A DNA stretch of 64,000 nt from an uncultured Nitrososphaerales archaeon (GCA_963713605.1 CAVQMO010000012.1:64001-128000), one strand, 5' to 3'; shown: positions 10,711 to 22,115, counted from the first letter of the stretch. Made by a program: numbers and translations. Notes: generated by a model not told the origin, from the sequence alone.

Positions 10711-11940
10711 ATGGGTCTAGACAAGAATAAGGAATTATCTAACGGTGATGATGAAATAGGTAATAACATCAAAAGTAATGTATTTCCAGGAGCACGAAAA
10801 GTAGGAAGACAAAGACGAGAAATAAGAGAAACTGAGAAGGCTTTGTCAGGGGCAGCCGAAATAAGGTTACGGACCGTGCCTGACTCATTTGAATTGTTTT
10901 CTCTATTGTCTGACAGAGGATCAGTTAATCTCTTAAAAGCAGCATATACTGGTCTTAAGACTAATTCCTCGAATTTTGTTGGGAACTTGAGTAAGAGACA
11001 GTTTTATACTAGACTGAGGCGTCTTTGTGACCTTGGCTTGATAGAAAAACGAGACGTGGGAGTAACAGGAAGAGGTAAGTCGATGTATAGAACGACTTCA
11101 TTAGGTTCTATAATTTATAATGGACACATTGAAACAATGGAACAGGCCCTCTCTAATTATTGGGAGCTGAAAGCGATAGACATCTTGAAAACGAACCCGA
11201 ATTTTCCACCTGTTCAGAAAGATGCGATTATCAATCAATTGGTGCAATCAAATAATAGCCTTAACAGGATGTTGAATTCCACATATTTGTCTAGCTTTTC
11301 TGTTATAAAGGACTTTAATCGCCTCATCATTGAGGTGATGCGTGTTCTCGATAATGCACAAAGGAATGTTTATTTCGCATCTCGATATCATGACTCCCAC
11401 GTGTCAAGCAAGTTATTTGAGACATTTTCGAAGGGAATTGGACTGCATATCATCGATAGTACTCCTGAACAAATCAGTTTGGAAAAAAGGATTAACGCAA
11501 TAGTTAGAAAAGCACCTGATCGAGACACATTTAATATGATCGATAAAATGATTCATGCCCCGTCAAATAAATTTGAGCTTCTTAGACTCTCAGACCTTCC
11601 TGTAAGCTTTATAGTAGTTGATGAGCTTCAAGTAGTGTATGAGACTGTTAATCATACGAATCCGCAGCAGTTCACAAGCGCATTAGCATGTTACGATGAC
11701 GCCTACTTAGCTCAACAATTTATCAAATACTTCAAGATCTTATCGGAGAAAGCCCAGATACCTCAGATAATTCAAACAGCCGAATCAAAAACATTGAATT
11801 CAAATAGGACGAGATCATCCGCATCAACACATTCGGGCAATAGCAGTGGCATAAAGTACCTAAAGTGTCAAACCTACAGTATCGTTTTATTTTCTAATAG
11901 TTTTTGCTTTTTGCTGATATTTGATTCAAAGGCACACTAA
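10711..11940 (+). CDS. Winged-helix transcriptional regulator with a C-terminal TrmB/PLD-like domain
   Basis: LSKRQFYTRLRRLCDLGLI wHTH; C-terminal LDNAQRNVYF, SFIVVD and FIKYFKIL pattern. Confidence 0.7.
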   Translation: MGLDKNKELSNGDDEIGNNIKSNVFPGARKVGRQRREIRETEKALSGAAEIRLRTVPDSFELFSLLSDRGSVNLLKAAYTGLKTNSSNFVGNLSKRQFYTRLRRLCDLGLIEKRDVGVTGRGKSMYRTTSLGSIIYNGHIETMEQALSNYWELKAIDILKTNPNFPPVQKDAIINQLVQSNNSLNRMLNSTYLSSFSVIKDFNRLIIEVMRVLDNAQRNVYFASRYHDSHVSSKLFETFSKGIGLHIIDSTPEQISLEKRINAIVRKAPDRDTFNMIDKMIHAPSNKFELLRLSDLPVSFIVVDELQVVYETVNHTNPQQFTSALACYDDAYLAQQFIKYFKILSEKAQIPQIIQTAESKTLNSNRTRSSASTHSGNSSGIKYLKCQTYSIVLFSNSFCFLLIFDSKAH

Positions 11941-12425
11941 ATCAATTCAGCATCACTTGAGTTTTCTCTGAGTCTAGTCTATTACCCTATCATATATTTG
12001 GGCTCGCAAATTTGAGACGAAATTTGATTTGAGTTATTCGAAGAGAGTATCATGATAAAACTATCACCTCTAAAATTAAAGTTGATTGTTCTGGTCAAGA
12101 ACAACTCAATCTTTAGTAGCCTTAGTAGGACTTTTACTTGCGATCATTTTCCCCGATCAGCAAATACTCGGGAATCTGCAGATAATTGATATCATTGTAA
12201 TTTGCAAGAACTATGGCATCGAAAGAACTATCTGAAGAAAATAGAGATAACTGGGGCTCTCATCAAGAAATAAGATCTATTAGAACCGAATTATGTAAGG
12301 ACAGCTATGGTTCTTGAAATATACGGAACTACCAATGTACACTTGTTACAGGAATTAAAATGTCAGTCATTAAGGCGTACAGATACAATTACAAGCACTC
12401 TTTTGCGTGATATCAGATGTAATGC

Positions 12426-12632
12426 TTATTGCAAGTTAGCGCCGCAGAATGGACATTCATGAATTCCACGCAATATCTTTTTCCGACATTGCGGACATCG
12501 TGGTTTCAATATTGACGAAAGAATGACAACACCGACTGCACCTAACCCAAACCCTACCAGAAAATCCGAGTACCTACGTTTGTCCCGCCCGTCTGCGTTG
12601 AATTTATTATTCTTGTCCATTTTTGTTTTCAC
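12426..12632 (-). CDS. Small membrane-anchored zinc-ribbon protein
   Basis: Gly-rich TM segment followed by CPQC-x10-CPFC. Confidence 0.7.
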   Translation of the reverse strand: MKTKMDKNNKFNADGRDKRRYSDFLVGFGLGAVGVVILSSILKPRCPQCRKKILRGIHECPFCGANLQ

Positions 12633-12744
12633 AAGACCTGCATATGAGAGATATCATATTAAATAACCTACTCCTCTATCAAAGCTCTTGGTTATATCTT
12701 TTGTACCACTTCTAAGAAGATCAAATATGTCCGGAAACAGAATC

Positions 12745-13329
12745 CTATAGTCTCTTGACTCTATTTCTTATGGTATTAAAGATTATTCTTACCGCATTAC
12801 TGGTTCCTTTCGATTTAACTAATATTGCTTTGGGTAATAGCTTATTATAGAGTTCTTTGTCAGAAGTCAGCAGAAACACAGGGATAGCTTTGTAGGAACC
12901 CACAATTCGTATTATCTCAATATCAGAGCTGCCCGTAGGTACAATATCTATATAGCAGCTTAGAGGGTATTGCATCGCTTGCAATTTGCGTAGTAACACT
13001 AACATATTTGATTTTCCTAGACCTCGTCTAGTTGATTCATCAATGACTAAGACTGCGGCAAAGCGATCATAAGGTGTTCTACTGATCAACGAGAGCGAGA
13101 GTTCTCTATATGAGTCCCATTTCCTTTCGCGGTATGTCAGCTCCTTATATCCTTGACCCGGCATTTGCAGCGGTTGTCTCTGGGGACACTTTATCAGCAT
13201 ATTAGGCAGATCTTCTTTGTAATGAATACATGATAGAAATCTTCTACAATAGTAGCAAAAACCACACTGTTCACAGATTGGATGTAAAAGCGTCGGAATA
13301 TATTCCGAGTAACAATTAAGACATTTCAT
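12745..13329 (-). CDS. Cys-rich zinc finger fused to a PIN-like (Mut7-C/DUF5615-type) domain
   Basis: 7 Cys plus His in the first 36 aa; VLVIDES, GSSDIEII and LLTSDKEL acidic motifs. Confidence 0.6.
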   Translation of the reverse strand: MKCLNCYSEYIPTLLHPICEQCGFCYYCRRFLSCIHYKEDLPNMLIKCPQRQPLQMPGQGYKELTYRERKWDSYRELSLSLISRTPYDRFAAVLVIDESTRRGLGKSNMLVLLRKLQAMQYPLSCYIDIVPTGSSDIEIIRIVGSYKAIPVFLLTSDKELYNKLLPKAILVKSKGTSNAVRIIFNTIRNRVKRL

Positions 13330-13521
13330 ATTGGATGATCAAATGTTCCTATCATGGAAGATTCCTTATTACCATATCTTTATTTATCCTATGGAATAGA
13401 GCATTAACAAAACAACAACATCCTCTAACCAACATTCATATATTTTCGTTTTTTGCTACCTAGCTTATGCCCATTAACTGGGAAAAAATAGAGTTAGGAG
13501 GTCTGTAAATATGGACGTGAC

Positions 13522-13752
13522 TTATGGCGTCATCGATGGAGGAGTTGCCATTTCACTTCTCGCTATATCCGAACCAGTCATATTTCCTTCTGTATAATTT
13601 CCTCCATCAGACATATTTTCGCCCTGTGCAAATGCCGGTGTTCACATCAACATTGCACCTGTTGTCGTTACTAGCATTGCGGCCGATAAGGTAGCCACTG
13701 CGGCGAAGATGGTCGTCGTCAAGAGGATTCTTCTGTTTATGCTAGAGTTCAT
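13522..13752 (-). CDS. Small secreted peptide (PPSMTP family) with an in-frame TGA at 13642-13644
   Basis: MNSSINRRILL-hydrophobic-AFAQ signal peptide, then GENMSDGGNYTEGNMTGS..PPSMTP; TATA-like TTATATA about 25 nt upstream; paralogue at 50950. Confidence 0.65.
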
Positions 13753-13909
13753 CGAGTGCACATATAACCATAACTATATAATGGTTAGAGATTACGTTAA
13801 TCATGACTATCACTTCAAAGTTTCCAGCTTCATTAGTAGCGCATCGAAAGAAGAGGCATAAAGTATCCTTAAACAATTGGAAACCTTTGAATAATCATGA
13901 TGGCCATAT

Positions 13910-14516
13910 TTGATACAGATCTTGACTTATAATTCGAAAGTTGTTCAGGTGTTACGAGACTTGGAGCAGATAGCGAAGAAACAGAGTTTGCCATCTATAG
14001 GTCCAGTAAAGGGAAAGATTTTGACAGATATTGTCTCTAAATACAAACCTAAAATGATACTTGAGATTGGAACGCTACATGGATATTCTGCAATTTTGAT
14101 GGCTGATAAGTTACCAGACGACGGAAAGATAATTACTGTGGAGAAGGATACAAATCTATTTGATATAGCGATGAAGAATGTTGAAGATGCTGGACTGTCC
14201 CACATTATTGAGGTCATTAATGCAGATGGGTTAAAGGGAATCGGTACTGCTTCAAAAACAGAAGTTTGACTTAATGTTTTTGGATGCTATAAAATCCGAT
14301 TATTTAAAGTATCTTAATCTAGCAGAGAAGAACAATCTGTTAAGTGATAAGGTGGTGGTAGTTGCAGACAACGTTCTGCTATACGAGAATGAGATGCAAG
14401 ACTACCTTCAGTATGTTCGGGCTTCTGGGAGATACAAGAGTCAAACCACTGAAACCACACTAGAATTTACAAAGAATGTCAAAGACGCTCTTGAAGTGAG
14501 TGTAAGGAACAACTGA
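13910..14516 (+). CDS. O-methyltransferase (class I SAM-dependent, COMT/CCoAOMT-like), frameshifted near 14250
   Basis: ILEIGTLHGYSA, FLDAIK and VVVADNV. Confidence 0.88.
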
Positions 14517-14957
14517 TTGACAAACTCCCACTTTGTGAAGTTCACTTGTACTAATTCTGTGTGCACCACAAGCAATCAAGAAAATCAATGCTAAATCGCA
14601 TTTTCAAAAACAAGATATCTACATTAAACACGACATCAGGAAACTATCAAAAGGGAAACCAATCACTGGCTGTCCAACAGCTGACATAATCTCGCTAAAA
14701 CTAAACCTGGATCACGTCCAACAATTTTCAGCCATCTAAAAAATACAGAAATCATTTTCACGTACTTCTCTATGATATTTTTGCTCTTGTGAATATTAAG
14801 TACATCTTCGATAACTAGACATAAGATTCAACTTAATAGATGCAAGCTCCGCCTTTTCTAGCGGTCCACTTCAATATGCTAACCCATGCGTTCCTCTTAT
14901 CATATGAACAACCTAGGAATAGCCTTTTATTAACACGGAGCCACTAATAAAATGTAG

Positions 14958-15629
14958 ATGTCAACGAATAGAATGATGAGTGTAAGGTCTCTTTTTCTTA
15001 GGTTAAATCATGATAGAACTTCGAGAAAGACTAATGACATTCTTGGAAGAAATGATCTCTGGCTTACTGAAGATAAGTTAGTATTAGGAGCAGAGAAATT
15101 CATCAAACTGAGTGGGTACCAAAAGATTGAATTTAACCAAACTTTCAATCAGGGCGGATATCAGTTCACTTCCCCTGTAGTAGGATATAGAAATTCCGCC
15201 CAAGACCAGCTGAACGAATTTGTATATCAAGGGCAAGACAAAAACAACATGCGAGCGCAGAATCAAGAGGCCAGGCCGATGGAAGGTGACCTAAAAGGAA
15301 CCGGAGTGTTTGAGCGGGATGCTAGCAAAATTACCACTACCGTATGCATTATAAATTCAAAAATTCAAGACTACGATCTTGGATTCTTTGGGTATATAGA
15401 ATCAATCCTATTTGATATTATAGACAATTATGAAAACACTAACCTAATTCTTGTAACTGATTCTTTATCGTACTTGTCTGCTACTACGAAAGAAGAGATT
15501 AGTGTCACCGTGGAAAACCTTATGGGAGAAGGATTACATCTGTTATTCATGAATGAGAAATCAGATTACGCATTCTTCGAAAGTTATGATGATGTCACAG
15601 AAAAACCTATCACAGTTTACGGAGTTTGA
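14958..15629 (+). CDS. Hypothetical protein
   Basis: 223-aa open frame with globular composition; no motif recognised. Confidence 0.6.
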   Translation: MSTNRMMSVRSLFLRLNHDRTSRKTNDILGRNDLWLTEDKLVLGAEKFIKLSGYQKIEFNQTFNQGGYQFTSPVVGYRNSAQDQLNEFVYQGQDKNNMRAQNQEARPMEGDLKGTGVFERDASKITTTVCIINSKIQDYDLGFFGYIESILFDIIDNYENTNLILVTDSLSYLSATTKEEISVTVENLMGEGLHLLFMNEKSDYAFFESYDDVTEKPITVYGV

Positions 15630-15744
15630 ACGGTTGTGTTGTTCTTCTGAACCCAAGACATGATCCCAAAACTTCCTGCCCTGCTTTACCTTCAAGTCAG
15701 TATATTTTTGTGCGAGCCTATGAATTTCAAATTGGAGCCTTCTA

Positions 15745-16002
15745 ATGAAGGTACAAGATAATAGCACACATCGTGTTAGCAGTCTCGGAACCCACGGCAG
15801 GCTTTCAAAGCCTGTCGAAGTAGGGAATGAGTATGATGTAGAAATCACTGATCGAGGAAAGAGTGGTACTACCGATGGAATTGCCAAAATTCAAGGATTA
15901 GTAATATTCGTTAAGGATGGAAAGGTCGGTGACAAAGTGAGAGTAAGAATAACTGTCATAGGCGAAAGATTTGCAAAGGCAGAGCTAGTAACCCACACTT
16001 AA
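15745..16002 (+). CDS. Single TRAM-domain RNA-binding protein
   Basis: KPVEVGNEYDVEI, DGIAKIQGLVIFV and GDKVRVRIT. Confidence 0.92.
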   Translation: MKVQDNSTHRVSSLGTHGRLSKPVEVGNEYDVEITDRGKSGTTDGIAKIQGLVIFVKDGKVGDKVRVRITVIGERFAKAELVTHT

Positions 16003-16962
16003 GGATTGAAGCAAGCGAAATTAACAATAAACTAGATGCTTAAGGCGTTTTGTAGTCGTCTGTAAGGAATCATGATGAATCACAATCATTTCTTCTGGAG
16101 TCAAATCTATAAGGTCCAATAACTAATGCTTTGCTTGAAGTCAGTCTGAGTTCTTTTCGTCTCGTCCCTGCCCAATCTTCCTGAGCTATCGGGTTTGCTT
16201 GCCTGGCATTGAAGGTTAACTGTCAATCCCATTTAAGGAATTTGATTCCGATTTACACATCATCTTTGGCTATTGAAGACTGATATGCTAGCTACCTATT
16301 ACAACTGTATTAAAGCGGCAGGCTTTAAGCCAAAAATGTAACATTATGGTGGAATTTATGAATTACGCACGTTCAATATAGTTTGGATTTAGAATTTTGA
16401 AACTGGGTACTAAACATACTGCTTCATTTTTTATTTGACTCACTGGCGGTTGAACGCGAATAACAAGTCAGAAGCACTAAGAACTAAGAACTCAAAGATT
16501 GATGAATTCGAAAATAGAAAGATGCCTTACACAACGCCTCCTTTTTGCTTTTCCCATCCAGTACTAATTGATGACTTTGAGCTTACTGAGTTTGATATAA
16601 TGCGGTGGCTCCAACGTACATAACTGTTAGTTCGGGTCAAGTGTGGCATAAACTGTGGTGCTTGCCTAGCAATATCAAATTTGTCAGACGTAATAATTAA
16701 GTATAAATCCCAAAAATCAATGCAGGCGATCATTTGGGTAACATATTTTCTAGCCACCTAATTTGCATAGAAATAGTGATTTCTAAATTACTAGATTAAA
16801 AATCCGTTAATTTCTGCCATCAATTCAGAATTGTCTGCTAACGGACCGAATTAATTTTTTTTGCGCCTCTTCAATCTATGAATTTACAATAATCTCAGTA
16901 TTTTCTGAAGGGATTAAATCTCAAAGCACCACTGAATCTTAGCATTTGAGCTCAAAAAAGGA

Positions 16963-17460
16963 TCACCGTACAATCAGAACAGGACATCGTGCATACGATA
17001 ACACAGCTGATGCAACACTTCCTAAAAGTGTTCTTCTAAGGCGTGATCTCCCTCTACTTCCCATTACTATAAGATCTACATTTTCATTCTCTGCATATTC
17101 AATAATTGCATTTTCCACCTTAGAAAAGGGGTCTTCGAGAATTTCTGATCTAAATTTTCTTTTTGTATCTTCCGTTTCTTTCAAAACATCTAATATTGCT
17201 CTTTCGACCTCTTCCAACCATTTTTTTGCTTCTCTTCTTTTTTCTTCCAATACATCCTCCTCCTGTGAGCGAGTTCCAGCTTGAATAAGAACATATCCGT
17301 AAGGCAAGGACATTAGATCAATTACTGTCAAACCAATTAGATCTGATTTAAATTTCGTCGCAAGACTGATCCCATAGCGAGCGGCCTTCATTGAAGTCAC
17401 TGACCCGTCTATAGGGAGCAATATCTTTCTGGTATTCTTGAATCCCCTATTAGATATCAT
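16963..17460 (-). CDS. Universal stress protein
   Basis: ILLPIDGS, DLIVMGSRG, LLGSVA and CPVLIVR. Confidence 0.95.
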   Translation of the reverse strand: MISNRGFKNTRKILLPIDGSVTSMKAARYGISLATKFKSDLIGLTVIDLMSLPYGYVLIQAGTRSQEEDVLEEKRREAKKWLEEVERAILDVLKETEDTKRKFRSEILEDPFSKVENAIIEYAENENVDLIVMGSRGRSRLRRTLLGSVASAVLSYARCPVLIVR

Positions 17461-17527
17461 GAGCTCTGGAGATAATACAATATACCTGATTAATTAGCTC
17501 TGCGAAAACTCTAGAGTGTAAATATCT

Positions 17528-17989
17528 TCAAATATAATACTCTAACATTTTTTCGATTTCATCCTTACCTACTTCGTCATTTGGAAATTCTTCATATCTC
17601 GCAAAATCGAGAGGAGTAATTATCCCAACAAAGTGTTTTGGATCAGATTTATCATTATTATTTTTGTCATCAATAACGAGCAAATGTCTTACATTGTACC
17701 GTAACATCATATCAGCGGCTAATGCAGGGGTAGAAGTGGAATCTATCGTGATAAGAGGCACTGACATTATCTGCTTATTTGTGATCGTACTTGTAAAGGT
17801 ATCATCAACACACACTTTGGTGACCAAATCCCGTTCAGTGATCAAACCTTGAGGTTTACCATCTCTATCGACTACTATCAACGAGCTGACATCCTTGTCT
17901 TTCATTTTTTTTGCAGCGTCTTGGACGGAAGCTGAATCGTCAATAGTCTCTAGCCTTTTCCTCATCATGTCTCTTAAAGTTGTGGTCAT
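17528..17989 (-). CDS. CBS-domain protein
   Basis: Tandem CBS pair: SSLIVVD, GLITERD and VRHLLV. Confidence 0.92.
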   Translation of the reverse strand: MTTTLRDMMRKRLETIDDSASVQDAAKKMKDKDVSSLIVVDRDGKPQGLITERDLVTKVCVDDTFTSTITNKQIMSVPLITIDSTSTPALAADMMLRYNVRHLLVIDDKNNNDKSDPKHFVGIITPLDFARYEEFPNDEVGKDEIEKMLEYYI

Positions 17990-18278
17990 CTATTCGAAAT
18001 GATAAACGTCTTCAACTTTTAAGTATATTGATGATACTACGAATTTAATAAAAGGAGTTCAAAGTCAGTACCGTTCGTGGACCTGGTCCTCAACTTTTCC
18101 AAAATACTTTTCCTACAAGGACCTCCTAGATCTGACCAAAATCAATTAAAAAGGTAAATGGTATATGACGATATGCGAAGCATCTTTTTGAACAAATACT
18201 TGTCATGATTCTCTCACAAACAGGTTCACATTAAATGGGACCAATAGTGTATATAAGTTCTGGTGTATTCATACTAAA

Positions 18279-18665
18279 TTGGCACGATCTGATAATTTTG
18301 CTGTTGAGAAGGGTAAGGCAGAAAAAGCCATAAACTGGATGAATAATTATGCGGCCGCGAGAAACAAAAAATTTAACACAAAGCTTATCGGCTATACCAT
18401 ATCAACTGTAAACTTTGGAACTTTTGAAGTAATTTCATGGGAAGGGGAGTGGTCTGCGGCCCGACATATAATAGTTAAGGTGAGCAGCAAGCTGAATATG
18501 AAAATAGTTGAAGCTGGATATCATTCTAAATCCAATATTCTGGAATCGTTTCTTGGACTCGGTAAAGAATATGCTAAAGTATACAGTGGCGGGGTACTCA
18601 CAGGTAACATCGTATTAGGAATAAAGAGAGGAAAAATCATCGCCGATTCTGAAAAATTAGTCTAA
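18279..18665 (+). CDS. Hypothetical protein
   Basis: 128-aa ORF with a TATA-like TATATAA upstream. Confidence 0.7.
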   Translation: MARSDNFAVEKGKAEKAINWMNNYAAARNKKFNTKLIGYTISTVNFGTFEVISWEGEWSAARHIIVKVSSKLNMKIVEAGYHSKSNILESFLGLGKEYAKVYSGGVLTGNIVLGIKRGKIIADSEKLV

Positions 18666-18686
18666 GTGTCTATGATGGCAGAGGCA

Positions 18687-18722
18687 ATGATGGTGATGAT
18701 GGTGATGATGGTGATGGTGATC
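18687..18722. repeat. (ATG/GTG)n microsatellite encoding poly-His on minus or Met/Val on plus
   Basis: atgatggtgatgatggtgatgatggtgatggtgatc. Confidence 0.8.
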
Positions 18723-18830
18723 ACACCATAACAATTAGAGTCAAGTGGAGAAATCCGAAAATGGTATTATTACTGTCGATTGAAAGTCTTTACAGTCAAT
18801 TTCAAGTCGGGAATCCTAACATCTCTTCGA

Positions 18831-19502
18831 TCACTTCACCTTCCTGTCTAGTAAATCTTTTTTGATGTGGTTAAATTCTTCCTCATTCAATACCCCTTGT
18901 TCTTTTAGATTCATAAGTTTGGTCAATTCATCTGCAATTGAAAAACCGTCTTGTTGGTTGGACTGGAGGGCTAGGACGGAGAAATTCTCTTTTTCAGGGT
19001 TGTGGAGTCCTTCAATTCCTTTTTGATGCATTCCAAATCGTATTACTTCTATTAGATCCTCTGCCTTCGCTTTCGGGATCGCTTGTATCACTCCTTCATG
19101 ATCATTGTTACCATGTATCATGCCATGTATCATACCCAACCTTTTGGAACCAACCAAGGCAGGGGCTTCGAATCTTATAGTGGATGAGAACAATCCTTTT
19201 TCAAGCTTGATGCTTGTAACAACATCATAGGGGATATCAATTAAGTTTTCTTTTATGCCTAACATATATGGGTCTCTAATGATCAACCGCTTTTCAGTCG
19301 CGTAAATAGTATTAGGAGTAACGTAGGAACCTCCAGGCAAGATTCTTGATTGACGAGCAACAATTATCACATTCTCATTAGGATTTAGTAAGTCTTGAAT
19401 TCCTCTAATCTCGCCCATTTCATCACTGTTGAGTGGTTGTATCGAAAATTTTTCACTTGTTCTCATAGCTAGTTCTTTACTATTATCTAGCCGCTTTCCC
19501 AA
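18831..19502 (-). CDS. Bacterial-type PH domain protein with C-terminal SHOCT
   Basis: QSRILPGGS, IYATEKRLII and IADELTKLMNLKEQGVLNEEEF. Confidence 0.85.
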   Translation of the reverse strand: MGKRLDNSKELAMRTSEKFSIQPLNSDEMGEIRGIQDLLNPNENVIIVARQSRILPGGSYVTPNTIYATEKRLIIRDPYMLGIKENLIDIPYDVVTSIKLEKGLFSSTIRFEAPALVGSKRLGMIHGMIHGNNDHEGVIQAIPKAKAEDLIEVIRFGMHQKGIEGLHNPEKENFSVLALQSNQQDGFSIADELTKLMNLKEQGVLNEEEFNHIKKDLLDRKVK

Positions 19503-20500
19503 ACCAAACTTAATGGTTATTTAAGAACTATGAAGAAATGATCCCTGTAAGTATTTAATTTCTAACTAATAAAGGACTATATCGAACCATGTCATTATGA
19601 ATGAATGGTTCTATATGATTTAATAGACTTGCATGAATACGATACTCAAAATACATCCGGCTAAACCCACCGAGCTCAGGCACGTATCACTATTTTTTAT
19701 GCCAATCCTATATTGTCAAAAGCTGTAGAATGCTAACATTGATTGAGGTGCGAGACAGTCTAGTAACATGACAGTCTTTGTAGCCTAGTTTCGAAACCAG
19801 AGCGTGATTCATGCCGTATTTGAATGCCTTCAGTTCTCATGCGTAATGTAACTTGTCGTTATTGATATCTAGCCCATTTAAGCATATAGGAGAATTTGAA
19901 TTCGAATGGTCTCGCTACCGTAATGCTTGCAGCATACCCAATTCTATAATAGCATCCACAATATCATCATGACCCCTAGTTAATCTTTTTAAGCGTTGCC
20001 CTCTATTATGGATATTCTGAAAAAGATTATGGTTGAACAGGACTTCTATGACCTTAGCATTTTAATTGATGGCTATTACCTTCATAATTGTTAATGACCA
20101 AAGAAAGCATAACAAACGAGCTAGAAAAACAACCCTATGCAGTAGCGCGTAATGAATTAGGCGATTTTTCCTCTGAAAAACTGCCAGGCGGGGAGTTAGC
20201 CCCCTCGTGGCATATGCAAATTTAAACCACTCACATTTAGACTGAAATAGCATTTTCAGAGTTCTACCAGCAAATGGATGAACGAGTCCGATATAATATC
20301 GGGACAATAGCCGAAGAAGGCGTCAAACTGCGTAGATGATCACGCTCTTGTGCCGAATGTAATGTGCTATTTGAAATTGTCCCTTTTTTTCTCAACTAAG
20401 TAGTGAGATGCTTCAACAGTCTTTTTTCGGTAGTTTGTTTTGATCTTCCTCAGTTATCTCGTCTGTTTGAATAACAAACGTTACACGGCAAGTAGTCTTC

Positions 20501-20713
20501 TTATTCTACACCTAGATAATATTCTGCACAGACATTCAAAGCTTGAACCATACTAGCATCAGTTACTCTCACCATCTCCTTAGTGCACCATTCTATCAGT
20601 TCAGCTTGCTGTTGTGTAACACGGATTGTGCTTGCGAGCGCTACATTCGAACCTAAGTAGCCAATGACTACAGCTAGTAAAACTAAGGAGAAAATTACCC
20701 TTATCAATGTCAT
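20501..20713 (-). CDS. Small secreted protein with a Cys pair
   Basis: Signal peptide ending VALA; two Cys in the mature part. Confidence 0.55.
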   Translation of the reverse strand: MTLIRVIFSLVLLAVVIGYLGSNVALASTIRVTQQQAELIEWCTKEMVRVTDASMVQALNVCAEYYLGVE

Positions 20714-21860
20714 TTAAGAACGTCTGATACTAGAAGTGATATTAATTTCCTCCGGATCACAAACGCTTTGAGGACGTTAGAACAACCTTTAGAAATAACG
20801 ATACTAGAGATAATTCTTTAACCTGTTGATGGACTGTCATAACCCGTGTTCTGACATCATCAAGTAGATTAGGATGACTGAGTATCTAACGCTTGTCACT
20901 TCCATGACAAATGATGACGAGTAGAAGATGCTAGTAGCAGTACCTTTGGAGATTCCTGTAAAAGACATTTATCGCTCAATGATGCACTATAATGATCTGT
21001 CGTACCAATTACTATTTGTTCGCGTTCAAAGTTCTGACATTAGACTACCACAACAAACCTACATATATTGTACGCCTGAGTCAAGGTGCTGTAACAAGTA
21101 GTAAATCAATAATTTATCATAATTTGTGTATAAACTATATTAGATATGTCTAGAGAGATGAAGGTTAATGACAGCCCGCATCATTTTACGGTCCTGGACG
21201 CAATTGGTTCAGACTGAGTTTATATGTGTTTTTAAAGAATGATTTGCCATTGCTCAGGACAACAGGATTGAGTATAATTCGATATTCATCAATTAGACCT
21301 AATTGTAAAAGATTTGATGCAAAGTCTGCATCGCCAAATAGTGCCAGATCTACCTGACTGTTGTTTAATATTCCTGCTTAATATTTTTGTTAATCAACCT
21401 GGAGTTGGTTCATTCAGCGTTTTCCAGGGTTTTCGAAAGAACGATTTCCATCATTCAACTTAGGAGCCAAGGTCTCGGTTGAGGATGGCCAGTAATCTGC
21501 TAAAATTAATAGCATGGCATCTCCATATGATAGATATGATTTGACCGAGTTCTTTCCTCTTTTGCACGCAAAAGAAATTTCAATAGATAAATAGTGTGAC
21601 TCCTTACGTGCTATCGATATGTCCTCCACTGAGGCCCCCTTCAATTGAGGAAAGAAATAAGATTTCCATCATTGTATGCAGATCCGGATGTTTCCATGTC
21701 TGTCTGTGTCTGGCGGTATTTCTATAGTTTTATGATATTGCGTTGAGGATCATCGATTTTGACTTCGACTTTGTCTTCATACGCATCTGTCCTATTTTTG
21801 TATTCAGGCACCTCTACCAGGAATTAGACTCGTAGACTTACCTGTCACCTTCGACCGCTT

Positions 21861-22115
21861 TTAGTATATGCGATCTACGATCAAATCTGCTAATGCTTCT
21901 TTGGTGTGTTTATCAATTAGATGTTTTCTTAGTTCTTCTTTGGATGTTGGTGTATCTATCTTATTGCATACAGAACAACTCCTGAATTCTTCCGCATTGT
22001 ATGATGTAAATAAGAGAGTACGTTCACACCTTGGATGTTGAGAGTATACCGTATGATCTACCATCTCAGTATATGGTCCAGATCTTCTGCAGATATGACA
22101 CTTTGGCATCGTCAA
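21861..22115 (-). CDS. Small zinc-finger protein
   Basis: CHIC..H..H and CSVC..HLIDKH motifs. Confidence 0.6.
   Translation of the reverse strand: MTMPKCHICRRSGPYTEMVDHTVYSQHPRCERTLLFTSYNAEEFRSCSVCNKIDTPTSKEELRKHLIDKHTKEALADLIVDRIY

Noticed and set aside
14958..15629. Restriction-endonuclease-like fold
   Set aside because: No PD-(D/E)xK catalytic residues recognisable
19740..20340. Possible transposase remnant
   Set aside because: Coding-like fragments only; no DDE or HUH motif or terminal repeats recognised
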